Shown: in pieces, positions 1 to 9,523 of the stretch
Layout of the letters: each line of letters begins with the position of its first letter
Numbering within the stretch: position 1 is the stretch's first letter
Virus record (IMG/VR): IMGVR_UViG_3300042887_002440
Span: 1,899-65,898 of that record
DNA: 64,000 nucleotides
Source of the DNA: a virus
Lineage: Duplodnaviria; Caudoviricetes
Reading direction: 5' to 3' (one strand)
The notes under the pieces: generated by a model
Databases searched by the model: none
What the model was told of the DNA's origin: nothing
The model's input: only the letters and a program-made list of their open reading frames with translations
Made by a program: the position numbers and the translations under genes

Positions 1-1871
1 CATTGCGCAATACCATATGACGTTCCACCATCTCCAGGTTTTGGTGCTGACTGTAATCCACTTTCTCCTATTAGATTGCCTATAATACCAGATGCTTGCG
101 CTTCAGACCAACCTGCTTCCAGAAAGAATTTCTTAGCATATATTACTCGTTCGTCAAATTCTTTTGTGCTAAGTCCGCCTTGTTTACTTTCTGATGATAA
201 TTTACCTTTTATTGGAGTTAAAGTTTTAGGCATTTGTTTAAAATCGCTTGTAGCTTCACTTGCGTTAGCTTCTTTTCCAAAAAACATGGATGCAGTAACT
301 CCGCCTGCAACAGCTATTGGGTATTTCCATTTTTTCGCAAAATCACCAGCTTTTCCTGCTGCTGACATTAAAGAATTAAGTATTCCACCACCTTCTTTTT
401 TTGAACTAGATGAATTATCATTATCGTCATCTCTTCCCCCACCACCAGAACTAAGTATAGAAGCAGATCCTCCTTCATTTTGTCTAGCAGATAAATTGGA
501 AGACATTAAATCTCTTGATGTATCTTGTTGACTTTGTGCTCGGACTAAAGCAGATACATTTCTTGCCATATCTTCCGTTATATTTCTAGTTGAAGATAAA
601 ACTTGATATATTTTATTCAATACTTCGAGAACTGTATTGCCAGCTAACCCACCTTCTGCAAAATGCCCTTCCCCAACAGTTCCTGAATCTCCTCCCGATG
701 GCATAGAACTTAACATTGCCTCTGACGAATTTCTTGATGGAAATAAAGAACCAACTCCTCCAACTAAACCTTTAATACCTTTAAATGGATTACTACCAGT
801 AGCAACACCTGCACCAACAAGACCAGCTCCAATTTTTTCTATTAAATTTGGACCTCTTTCTTTCCCTTCTCCGCCACTTCCAGTTTCTCCATCATTTGTA
901 CCTTCTTCTCCACCTTCTTTTTTCTCGCCATAAATTGCATCATTTAATATTTTTGTTGCGGGTTCTTGCAAATAATCAGGAACATTTTTATTAATTAAAT
1001 CAGTTCCCATTTCACTGGCTTTTCCTTGTAGGTAATCTTTGTTTTTATAGCCTAGATAACCCAATCCTCCGCCTAATGCAGTTAACCCTAATCCTGTTCC
1101 TAGAATAGATTTTGCAGCAAATTTTGTTGCACCCCATGTACCAGATAATATTGAACCAAAAATACCTTTGCTACCTGAAGAACTTTCTGTTGTTTCTCTT
1201 GGCATTCTATTGTTAAATGGGTTTCTGCTTTGATCAGCTCGTAATTCTTCCGCTTCTTGTGCAGCTCTTCTTTCTTGATTTACTGTTTGTCCAGCTCGCT
1301 CAGTATTTGTTGTAGTACCCTTTCCTATTTTATTTTTCCAATATCCGCCATCTGCTTGTGCTTTTTGTATAGCTTCTTGTTCTCTTTTAATTTTTTGTGC
1401 TGCTGAAAATTCGCTTTCGAATGCCTTTCCCATTGTGGGTTCTATTCTTTCAGCTACTCGAGAACCTTTTGATAATGATCCAAATATTTTAGATCCTGCA
1501 GAAAAAATACCTTTTGTTAATGCTCCACCTACATATAATTCTGCAGCATTTGCAGCAAGACCTCCCCATGCCCCAGCTGAACTTTTTAGTGATTCTTTAT
1601 AAACGTTTTGACCAGCAGTATAATCTCCATTTTCGTTCCCCAACATAGAAGCATCAACAAATTTCTGTGCATCTGCTGCATTAGAAATATATGATAATTG
1701 TTCTTTTTGGCTTGAAGTTAATGCATTAGATTTATTTTCTCTGGCTATAATAGCTTCACGATCTGCTCTATTTTGCATAACTTGAGTATAATCGTGTTTT
1801 ACCTGATTGGTTGCCATTTCAGGCAACCCTCGTACTTTATCCAAAAACGATGAATTTGAATTATCTGCCAT
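1..1871 (-). CDS. Tape-measure/baseplate-hub-like protein with a phage tail lysozyme (Phage_lysozyme2-like) domain; runs off the window start
   Basis: ATG at 1871 overlaps the upstream TAA. The same frame at the window edge reads AGWSEAQASGIIGNLIGESGLQSAPKPGDGGTSYGIAQ, a tail-lysozyme signature. Follows the gp26/gp51-like genes. Absent from the ORF track because no stop lies in the window; frame only spot-checked. Confidence 0.75.
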   Translation of the reverse strand, partial: MADNSNSSFLDKVRGLPEMATNQVKHDYTQVMQNRADREAIIARENKSNALTSSQKEQLSYISNAADAQKFVDASMLGNENGDYTAGQNVYKESLKSSAGAWGGLAANAAELYVGGALTKGIFSAGSKIFGSLSKGSRVAERIEPTMGKAFESEFSAAQKIKREQEAIQKAQADGGYWKNKIGKGTTTNTERAGQTVNQERRAAQEAEELRADQSRNPFNNRMPRETTESSSGSKGIFGSILSGTWGATKFAAKSILGTGLGLTALGGGLGYLGYKNKDYLQGKASEMGTDLINKNVPDYLQEPATKILNDAIYGEKKEGGEEGTNDGETGSGGEGKERGPNLIEKIGAGLVGAGVATGSNPFKGIKGLVGGVGSLFPSRNSSEAMLSSMPSGGDSGTVGEGHFAEGGLAGNTVLEVLNKIYQVLSSTRNITEDMARNVSALVRAQSQQDTSRDLMSSNLSARQNEGGSASILSSGGGGRDDDNDNSSSSKKEGGGILNSLMSAAGKAGDFAKKWKYPIAVAGGVTASMFFGKEANASEATSDFKQMPKTLTPIKGKLSSESKQGGLSTKEFDERVIYAKKFFLEAGWSEAQASGIIGNLIGESGLQSAPKPGDGGTSYGIAQ

Positions 1872-2014
1872 TAACTGTTCCTATTAGCTTCTTGTTGTTT
1901 ACGTTTTTCTTCTTTTTCTTTTAGATACTGTATTAACAACCCAATATAAATTTCCCTTTCCCAAGGGATCATACCTTCCAACTCATTCAAGCTATATCCA
2001 TGATGTTGCATCAT
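1871..2014 (-). CDS. gp51: gp51-like baseplate hub/tail assembly chaperone (short ORF; probably the C-terminal part of a frameshift product)
   Basis: Reads MMQHHGYSLNELEGMIPWEREIYIGLLIQYLKEKEEKRKQQEANRNS; typical T4-like MQHHxYSLxELExMxPWERxIY motif; directly downstream of gp26. Confidence 0.8.
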   Translation of the reverse strand: MMQHHGYSLNELEGMIPWEREIYIGLLIQYLKEKEEKRKQQEANRNS

Positions 2015-2061
2015 GGAAAAGTTTGTCTTATAATATGTTGAAAGGTTAACATTACCAAGAA

Positions 2062-2784
2062 TTAAATAAAAAAATCAAAAATATCCGTTACTGTAATAAC
2101 ATGATCAAACCCGCATTTGTTACATTTAATCTTTACGTTTTTAATAATTTTTGGTTCATTGTCAAAAAATTCTTCTATCTTTTTATATTTTTCTGGAGGC
2201 AATTGACCAATCCAGTCAACAATATTTTGTAATGGAACGTCATTTTGTCCATATGCAGAATTTTCATCATAAATATAATCAACATTTTTAGCTATAATTT
2301 CTAAAATATCTTGAGGAGTTGGTATTTTATCTCCTATTGTATCATGCGAAAAACGTTGGTACTTTAATTTTAATCCAACTTTATCTGTAACTTCTATTAA
2401 ATCAGATACATCACCTTTTATTACTTCTAAGTCGGTTAATAAATTTAAATCGTAATTCATTATATTATTACATGTACCATCATCAACTGAATTCTCGCAT
2501 CTAAACTTCATTTCAACAATTTCTGATTCAGATCTAGCTCTTAACATATAAAATAAATATTCAACATCAGTTAATGGTAGTTCACTAACATTTGTTGAAT
2601 CTAAAACGCAGTTTGTTAATAATTGTAGTATCGCGTCAATTAACGCATTTTTTTCATCTGATTCTTTCGCCATTGCTAAAAGTTTTTGCTCTTTTACACA
2701 GTATGGTCTGTATCTTACTTGTAAACCAGATATAGGTAATTTCACTGTATGGATTGGTGCTTCGATTTTTGGTAATAAACTCAT
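2062..2784 (-). CDS. gp26: Baseplate hub assembly chaperone gp26-like
   Basis: LPKI..P...LP.SG..V.YRP..VKEQK.L N-terminus, LRARS.SE, C-terminal CxxC and DFF end. Confidence 0.85.
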   Translation of the reverse strand: MSLLPKIEAPIHTVKLPISGLQVRYRPYCVKEQKLLAMAKESDEKNALIDAILQLLTNCVLDSTNVSELPLTDVEYLFYMLRARSESEIVEMKFRCENSVDDGTCNNIMNYDLNLLTDLEVIKGDVSDLIEVTDKVGLKLKYQRFSHDTIGDKIPTPQDILEIIAKNVDYIYDENSAYGQNDVPLQNIVDWIGQLPPEKYKKIEEFFDNEPKIIKNVKIKCNKCGFDHVITVTDIFDFFI

Positions 2785-2815
2785 ATTTTATAATCCTATT
2801 CTAAATAAATTTTGT

Positions 2816-3619
2816 TTAACCTCTAGATACTGAAAAATTGGATAAACCCATGCTAGGTGCTACTGATCCCAACATTGAGTAATTTCCGGATTTAATAGAT
2901 CCTTGGATTGTTTCTGCTGCGCCTGTTAAATTTTTTGTTGTTTCTAATAATTGTCCTAATGGTCCTTTTGCATAAGGTTTCATACCAATAACATATTTAA
3001 AATCGTATTGATATTCAGTATATGCAAATACAACATTTAATGATTGTGCTTGATTTTGTAAAGACCAAGAAAGAGGTATTTGATTAATTGATAATGGAAA
3101 TGCATCAAATAGCGTAACTTCTAATAATGGATCTCCTGATATTGCATAATGTGTAATTTTTATTGATGCTGCATATTCACTTTTATATTTTACATTATAT
3201 GTTGTTTCTAGGTTAATTTGTTTTACTGTTTCATCCCTTCCAGTAATAAATGCTATCCAAGATTGAAAAAACTTTCTAACCATTTCATCACCAGAACCTC
3301 TTGTATAAAATGCTAATTGGATATCATTATATCCAGTCATAACAGAAAACTTTTCATTAACACCATAAATTTTTTGTGATACTGTTGCAGTAGATTCTCC
3401 TGGAAGTTCCGCTGAATGACAAAGATAACTTAAAGATTTTGGATCATTTCCTGATGATGGAGCCACTCCAGTAAAAGGGACGTTAAAAACTTCTACTTTA
3501 AAATATGAAGATCTTCCTACATCATATTTTCGCAAATCTGATAAACCTTCTAACATGTTATTAGTTGTTTTTGGTGCAGAACCATTCATTAGTTCTGATA
3601 CACTATCCATTATTCCCAT
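2816..3619 (-). CDS. gp54: Baseplate tail-tube initiator gp54-like (tail-tube fold)
   Basis: CHSAELPG, FFQSW, LFDAFPLSI..I.LSW and VVFAY motifs shared with gp19-family proteins; position next to gp2. Confidence 0.7.
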   Translation of the reverse strand: MGIMDSVSELMNGSAPKTTNNMLEGLSDLRKYDVGRSSYFKVEVFNVPFTGVAPSSGNDPKSLSYLCHSAELPGESTATVSQKIYGVNEKFSVMTGYNDIQLAFYTRGSGDEMVRKFFQSWIAFITGRDETVKQINLETTYNVKYKSEYAASIKITHYAISGDPLLEVTLFDAFPLSINQIPLSWSLQNQAQSLNVVFAYTEYQYDFKYVIGMKPYAKGPLGQLLETTKNLTGAAETIQGSIKSGNYSMLGSVAPSMGLSNFSVSRG

Positions 3620-3629
3620 TTGTGTTCCC

Positions 3630-4265
3630 TTAAAGTGTCATATCTTGTGTAGCCATAGATTCTTTCCAAACTTGTTGTTTAGTTTTCTTAACAAAAGCTT
3701 CTATTGGAAGAGCAGCAGCATATGCCCAATCTTCTGGCGGGATTAATTTGATTTCTGACCTAATATTAGATTTTAAATATTGTTTAAAGCAAGGTTCAAA
3801 AAATGCAAACTCTTGAACTCCTTTTAAGTTATCATACTTAATATTTAACCTTTCTAATTTTCCATCTAAAAAAACCGATTTCTGCGTTAAATTACTTAAC
3901 AATATCAATCTTGGTTCAGGCGGCAAATAATGTAAATTTAATCCTGTAAACCCACCACGATGAATACCTGTTAATAATATTAAAGGAAATGTATCATAAT
4001 ATGGTAAAGTCTTTCTTCCTTTTGGATCATAATGAAATAGATACATCTTTCCAACTTCAAATTTTTCAGTTTTATATGTTCCAGGTCGTAATAAATCAGC
4101 TTTTTCTTGTTCTTTTTCAGTTTTTTCTTTTGCTGTTGGATTCGTTAACGATTTAATTGCATTTTTAAACCAATTTATTGCCTCAAATGCACTTTTTAAT
4201 AAAAATTTATGATGAAATTTAGAATCTAAAGGTTCAGCAGGTCCAGCCGGTTTATTTTTATCCAT
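3630..4265 (-). CDS. gp2: DNA end protector protein
   Basis: GKMYLFHYDPK..LPYYDTFPL and GLNLHYLPP..R motifs. Confidence 0.9.
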   Translation of the reverse strand: MDKNKPAGPAEPLDSKFHHKFLLKSAFEAINWFKNAIKSLTNPTAKEKTEKEQEKADLLRPGTYKTEKFEVGKMYLFHYDPKGRKTLPYYDTFPLILLTGIHRGGFTGLNLHYLPPEPRLILLSNLTQKSVFLDGKLERLNIKYDNLKGVQEFAFFEPCFKQYLKSNIRSEIKLIPPEDWAYAAALPIEAFVKKTKQQVWKESMATQDMTL

Positions 4266-4709
4266 TTATAATCCTAGGTCTTTTTCAGTAAGAATTTTAA
4301 ATTCCCACTTTCTGTCCATACAATATTCTCTTGCTGCTTTCCATTTAGCTTGATTTATTGCGTAAGTACACACTTCTGTTATATATTGTTTAGTAATTCG
4401 TTTTTTAATTTCAGGAGCATTTGCTTGATATTCTGGTTTTATTTCAAGCAAATATGTTTTTATTCTTCCATCAGCTCCTTTAACTTTAGCCCAAATATCC
4501 GGAAAATATCTATGTAATTTTTGGTCTACTGGGGATTTATATGGAATGACACATTCTTCCGATGCCCATTCCAACACTGATGGATTATCATCCATCCATT
4601 TAAAAACCCGCAATTCCCAGCTACTTCGATAAACAATATTGCTTGCGTTACCTTTATATTTGCTTGGGTTTTTAGGAGGGTAAATTCCTTGTTTATAGTT
4701 TCTAGCCAT
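4266..4709 (-). CDS. gp4: Head completion nuclease (TnsA-like PD-(D/E)xK fold)
   Basis: YKQG.Y.PKNPSKYKG, YRSSWE, W.SEE..IPY, RYFPD, EIKP and N.AKW.AA motifs. Confidence 0.92.
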   Translation of the reverse strand: MARNYKQGIYPPKNPSKYKGNASNIVYRSSWELRVFKWMDDNPSVLEWASEECVIPYKSPVDQKLHRYFPDIWAKVKGADGRIKTYLLEIKPEYQANAPEIKKRITKQYITEVCTYAINQAKWKAAREYCMDRKWEFKILTEKDLGL

Positions 4710-4716
4710 AATGAAA

Positions 4717-4741
4717 TATTTATAAATTATTAATATAAATA
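4717..4741. promoter_or_regulatory. Divergent pair of T4-type late promoters
   Basis: TATAAATA on the minus strand at 4717-4724 (toward gp4) and on the plus strand at 4734-4741 (toward gp48). Confidence 0.8.
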
Positions 4742-4776
4742 GTATTTAGTTAATTCCATTAAAAAGAAATAAAATT

Positions 4777-6198
4777 ATGGCAATAGATCCAAATTCACCG
4801 TTAAAAGATTTATATCAAAATAAAAATGATATGCCAGTCTTAATGTATCCCCATGATTTGGGTTCAGCAAGAAAAGGGCATTTTATAACATTTTCTGTGT
4901 TGATTCCAACAAAATCAACATATAAGATGCCGGCAACTGGTGTCTCGTCATCTGTAATTCCCCCTAGCGTTACTTCGCTAGTAAATGATGCGCAAACGTC
5001 ATTTAATTCTGCTGCAACAACTGCAACGCAAGCAGCAGCTGATGCCAGTTCAACTTTAGGGTCTATTACTTCTACGATAGGTGAAGTTGCAAGTGTAGCC
5101 AATCAAGCTCTTACCACAGCATCACAAGTTGTTGGAACGGCAACGTCCATTGCTGGGGCAGTTTCTAGTGCTGCATCTTCTGTATCTGCTGTTGGTTCGG
5201 CGACTACTGCTTTCGGTGCTGTTACCGGATCGATTAGTGCAATTAATTCAGTAACTTCAGCTGCATCAACTATTTCTAATATTCCTGGAGTTTCTAGCTT
5301 TTTAAATGATCCAATGCAAGCTGCCTCAAATGCTTTTGATTCAATTAAAAACTTCTTAAACGACCCTCTTAAATCTATAAGTGGTGGAGCACCAACCGGA
5401 GATCAAGCTCCAACAGATACAACTGGACCAAAGTTTTCTCCTGCTACAATGAAACCATCTGGATATATTAATCTTTATATGCCTGATACGGTATCAATGG
5501 CTCAACATGCATCATACGGCGATATCGGTATGACTGAGGCATTAGGTGCATTAGGTGGGTTCATGGAAGGAATGGATGAAGCTGGGCAATTTAAAGATGC
5601 AACGAATTCAATTTATGATAATTTCGATAAAAATGATATAATGGGTTCTACGTTAAGAACTTATAATAAATTCAAAACCGGAGAAATTGGAGCACCACCT
5701 CTTGCAATCGAAGGACTAGGAGCAGGAGCTGGCGCAGCAGGAATTGTTGCAAATGGCGGAGCTGTATCTAGATTTTTATTAAAAAAAGCAGGTTATGCAC
5801 TAAATCCACAATTTGAAGTTGTATTTACTCAAATGGATTTTAGAAAATTTCAATTTGATTTTACATTTACTCCAAAAAGTCCAGAAGAAGCACAAACAAT
5901 TAGGGATATAATAAAATTGTTTAGAGTACATTCTTCCCCATCAAATCCAAATGTTGAATCTGGTAGATATTTTAATACTCCATCAGTATTTAAAATAGAA
6001 TATATGCATTTAGAATCTCATAATGAAAATTTACATAATTTTGCTCCTTGTGTGTTAGAAACTGTTATTGTTGATTATGCTCCAGAAGTAGGTTGGGTTG
6101 CATTTAATGATGGTATGCCAGTTAAAACTCGTTTAACTTTGCAATTTAAAGAAACCGAAATTATAACCCAAGAAACAATTCTTTCAAAAGGATATTAA
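4777..6198 (+). CDS. gp48: Baseplate tail-tube cap gp48-like with an Ala/Ser/Thr-rich insertion
   Basis: L.YP.DL, I.LYMP, NP..EV.F....FRKFQFDFTF.PKS.EEA and GMPV...LTLQFKE motifs. Confidence 0.85.
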   Translation: MAIDPNSPLKDLYQNKNDMPVLMYPHDLGSARKGHFITFSVLIPTKSTYKMPATGVSSSVIPPSVTSLVNDAQTSFNSAATTATQAAADASSTLGSITSTIGEVASVANQALTTASQVVGTATSIAGAVSSAASSVSAVGSATTAFGAVTGSISAINSVTSAASTISNIPGVSSFLNDPMQAASNAFDSIKNFLNDPLKSISGGAPTGDQAPTDTTGPKFSPATMKPSGYINLYMPDTVSMAQHASYGDIGMTEALGALGGFMEGMDEAGQFKDATNSIYDNFDKNDIMGSTLRTYNKFKTGEIGAPPLAIEGLGAGAGAAGIVANGGAVSRFLLKKAGYALNPQFEVVFTQMDFRKFQFDFTFTPKSPEEAQTIRDIIKLFRVHSSPSNPNVESGRYFNTPSVFKIEYMHLESHNENLHNFAPCVLETVIVDYAPEVGWVAFNDGMPVKTRLTLQFKETEIITQETILSKGY

Positions 6199-6201
6199 TA
6201 T

Positions 6202-7209
6202 ATGGCATCATTCTTTTCGAAATATCCTAAATTTATTGTTAATAATAAATTAGTAACTGATTTAATTGCTAGATCAGTAATTAGAGATAAATATTCAGAT
6301 AAATTATCAATTTTTTATCCATATACTCTACAAGAAGGTGATACTCCAGAGATTATTGCATCAAAATATTATGGAGACCCAGAAAGACATTGGATAGTAA
6401 TGTTGGCTAATAATATTGTTAATCCTTTTTATGACTTTGCATTAGATTATCAAATATTTAACAAATATATTGAACAAAAATATAAAAATCAAGCGAATAG
6501 TTTAAATATTTGGGCTAATTCTAATTGGCGAGGCGATTGGAATGCCAACAACAATATTCTTTATTCAGATGTTGTTGTTTATAGTAATACTGCATATATT
6601 TGTAGACAAACACATACTCCAACAATATTTACCAAAGATTTAGCTAATAATTATTGGGAAAGAATTTATGAAGGTGTTTACTGGAAAGATTTATGGGAAA
6701 ATGATACCGAATATAATAAAGATGATGTTGTTAAAAATCAATACACAATTTATATTTCGCTACAAAATCATACATCAAATACAGCTAACGGTATAACTTA
6801 TTCTAACAGCGATTATTGGAAAACATATAATAATGCAATAGAATATGCTTCTATAACTCCATATGGATATAGAGCAATTATAACAACAACTGATCAAAAT
6901 AGTGGAACTTCTACTGATCAAAAATTTTACATAGATGATAATTCTTATGTTGGTAGATATACTAATTTAGATACCAATCCATTGAATGATATTTACACGG
7001 AAGTAGAAAATTCAAGCGCATTTAATTATGCTAATGAAATAAAATATGGACAAGATATTGTTGTTTCTACAACAAAAGAAAGAATATCAATTTTTCAGTA
7101 TGAACAAGAATTGAACGAAGATAAAAGAGAAATAAAATTAATTAGAAAAGAGTATGTTCCGCAATTAGAACAAGAATTTAAACTTTTGATGGAAACTTAT
7201 TATGGCTGA
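6202..7209 (+). CDS. gp53: Baseplate wedge gp53-like (LysM) with inserted Trp/Tyr-rich modules
   Basis: FFSKYP, GDTPEIIASKYYGDPERHWIVML.N and YE.ELNE.KR.IKL motifs. Confidence 0.88.
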   Translation: MASFFSKYPKFIVNNKLVTDLIARSVIRDKYSDKLSIFYPYTLQEGDTPEIIASKYYGDPERHWIVMLANNIVNPFYDFALDYQIFNKYIEQKYKNQANSLNIWANSNWRGDWNANNNILYSDVVVYSNTAYICRQTHTPTIFTKDLANNYWERIYEGVYWKDLWENDTEYNKDDVVKNQYTIYISLQNHTSNTANGITYSNSDYWKTYNNAIEYASITPYGYRAIITTTDQNSGTSTDQKFYIDDNSYVGRYTNLDTNPLNDIYTEVENSSAFNYANEIKYGQDIVVSTTKERISIFQYEQELNEDKREIKLIRKEYVPQLEQEFKLLMETYYG

Positions 7210-8557
7210 TGGTTTAGGTTATTCTCAGGATATAACAATAAATTCGTGCAGGATTGTTGGCGCAAGCGGAAATCCTATTGATATACGACATATTGTTGTT
7301 GAGATAAATTATTTCGAGGATATTTTTTCTAATTTTGTTAATGGGGCATTAGTTGTCAACGATTCTATTGGTTGTATACAAATGTTCGAGTTTCAAGGTC
7401 AAGAAGTATTATTTTTATCAATCGACAAACCTGGATTAGATAAACCTTTAGAAAAAGTTTGTAGAATTTATAAACACAGCGGAAGAACACAAACAAAAAC
7501 TTCTAATGAAAATTATATTTTACACTTTTGTTCCGAAGAAGCAATGCTAAGTGAACAATATAAAATTTCAAAAGCATATGCTAATGTGAAGATTTTAGAT
7601 ATTGTAAAAGATATAGTTATAAATCAATTAAAAGTAGATAAAAAATATTTTAAAAATTATGATGAAACAACTGGTGTTAAAAATATAGTTATACCAAATC
7701 TTAAACCTTTACAGGCTATAAATTGGCTAACTACATTTACTCAAGCAGATCAAGATAAAAATGCTGGAGCATTTTATTTGTTTTATGAAGATAAAGCAGG
7801 GTTTAATTTTAAATCAGTTTTAAATTTATATAAACAACCTATTTTTAGAAAATATCAATATGAAGAAAAAAATTTAAAATCTAATAAAAATGATTTGGTT
7901 GTTGATTTAGAAAAAGAATTCGTTAATGTTATTGCATTTGAACATGTTAATTCTTTTGATTCTATCACAGCAGTAAAAACTGGTGCAATGGCAAATAAAA
8001 CAATAACTATTGATCCATTACGATTAAAATTTGATGAAAAAAATTACGATTATAACAAATACATAAAAGATGTTCAATCTTTAGATAAACAAAATATACC
8101 AAATTCAGCAACAAATAGACTTGGTGATAAAATAAACGAAACGTTTGGTGCAATTAAATTTTGCGTTTCTACTTCTGGACAAAGCGAAAATAAATATATT
8201 AAAGACAAAGAAGTACATGTTAATGAATATAGACCAGAGGAAACTTCATCTATAAGGTCTGCTCAATTATCTCTTATGTGGTCAAATAGAATTAAAATAT
8301 TAGTTCCAGGAGATGTTGAATTAACTATTGGTAAAATTGTAGAATTTAACAAACCAGAAATTAGTTATAATAACCCAAATAGCAAAGAAAAAGTTGCGGA
8401 TCCGTTTTATTCAGGAAGATATCTTGTTACTGCGGTTAGACATACAATAACACAAGAGCATAAATTTACAACAGTATTAGAACTTTGTAAAGATTCATAT
8501 CCAAATAAATTTAGCAATTTTGATAATTCCGATTCTGGTTGGAAAGGCGTAAGATAA
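7202..8557 (+). CDS. Baseplate hub protein (gp27-like)
   Basis: Lies between gp53 and gp5; YFEDIFS..V.G, FYE...GFNFKS, VPGD..L.IG and SGRYLVTAVRH motifs. Confidence 0.7.
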   Translation: MADGLGYSQDITINSCRIVGASGNPIDIRHIVVEINYFEDIFSNFVNGALVVNDSIGCIQMFEFQGQEVLFLSIDKPGLDKPLEKVCRIYKHSGRTQTKTSNENYILHFCSEEAMLSEQYKISKAYANVKILDIVKDIVINQLKVDKKYFKNYDETTGVKNIVIPNLKPLQAINWLTTFTQADQDKNAGAFYLFYEDKAGFNFKSVLNLYKQPIFRKYQYEEKNLKSNKNDLVVDLEKEFVNVIAFEHVNSFDSITAVKTGAMANKTITIDPLRLKFDEKNYDYNKYIKDVQSLDKQNIPNSATNRLGDKINETFGAIKFCVSTSGQSENKYIKDKEVHVNEYRPEETSSIRSAQLSLMWSNRIKILVPGDVELTIGKIVEFNKPEISYNNPNSKEKVADPFYSGRYLVTAVRHTITQEHKFTTVLELCKDSYPNKFSNFDNSDSGWKGVR

Positions 8558-9522
8558 TGGGAAATAACAGTAGAGGAAACTTTATAGGGCACAGCGGTTT
8601 TGTTTGGTGGATTGGCGTTGTTGAGGACAGAATGGATCCTCTTAACTTAGGTCGCTGCAGAGTAAGAATCCAAGGATTACACTCAAAAGATAAAAATTCT
8701 ATTCCAACAAATACATTGCCATGGGCTCAACCTCTTTTTTCTATTAATGGATCTACATCAACGCCTTCTACGTTAAAAGAAGGTGATTTTGTTATGGGGT
8801 TTTTTATGGATGGAAATGGTACACAATTTCCAATCATAATGGGTATGTTTCATGGAATTCCAGAAGATAACCCAGATAGAGAAATTGGGTTTAACGACCC
8901 GAGAACAGATGTGCAATTAAAAGCTGCTCCAAGAAAACCAGCACTTATGCAGTATAATGAAGATGGTTCAGGAATGGTTCTTAGTGAATATCCATCAGCT
9001 AATACTTATCCAAATAGAATAAATCAGCCAACTACAAGTAGATTGGCTAGAAATGAAGATATTGCAAATACAGTTATTGGTATAAAAAATAGAACTTTAT
9101 ATACAGAACAAGGTCCAGATGGAGCAAATGTTTGGTCAGAACCAGCTTCTCCATATAATACAAAATATCCATACAATCAAGTTATAAGCACCGAATCAGG
9201 GCATTATTTTGAGCTTGACGATACGCCTGGATACGAACGAGTACATCTATACCATAGATCTGGAACGTTCGTAGAGACCCATCCAAATGGCTCTCAGGTG
9301 GAGAAGATAGTTAAAGATAAATATACTATTATTATGAAAGACGATAAGGTTTCTATTTTGGGTAGCTGTTCTTTGACTGTTCAAGGAAGTTCTACAGTTT
9401 ACATAGTTGGTGATAGTAATGTTACAGTTGATGGAGATTATAATATAACAGTCGGCGGTAATATGAATATTAATGTTGCTGGAACTTTAACCCAAAAAGG
9501 TAAAACTATCAATTTAAACTAA
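8557..9522 (+). CDS. gp5: Baseplate central spike gp5 (OB-fold plus beta-helix, no lysozyme domain)
   Basis: WWIGVVEDRMDPLNLGRCRVRI, LPWA, YPYN...TESGH.FE.DDTPG.ER motifs and C-terminal VxG repeats; start re-assigned to the ATG at 8557 (TAATG overlap). Confidence 0.92.
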   Translation: MGNNSRGNFIGHSGFVWWIGVVEDRMDPLNLGRCRVRIQGLHSKDKNSIPTNTLPWAQPLFSINGSTSTPSTLKEGDFVMGFFMDGNGTQFPIIMGMFHGIPEDNPDREIGFNDPRTDVQLKAAPRKPALMQYNEDGSGMVLSEYPSANTYPNRINQPTTSRLARNEDIANTVIGIKNRTLYTEQGPDGANVWSEPASPYNTKYPYNQVISTESGHYFELDDTPGYERVHLYHRSGTFVETHPNGSQVEKIVKDKYTIIMKDDKVSILGSCSLTVQGSSTVYIVGDSNVTVDGDYNITVGGNMNINVAGTLTQKGKTINLN

Positions 9523-9523
9523 T

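Noticed and set aside
76-933. Plus-strand ORFs 76-531 and 637-933
   Set aside because: They are antisense shadows of the long minus-strand tape-measure-like ORF, with no RBS or recognisable motifs.
4266-4709. TnsA-like nuclease as evidence of a Tn7 transposon
   Set aside because: Motifs and position next to gp2 identify it as the core head-completion protein gp4.
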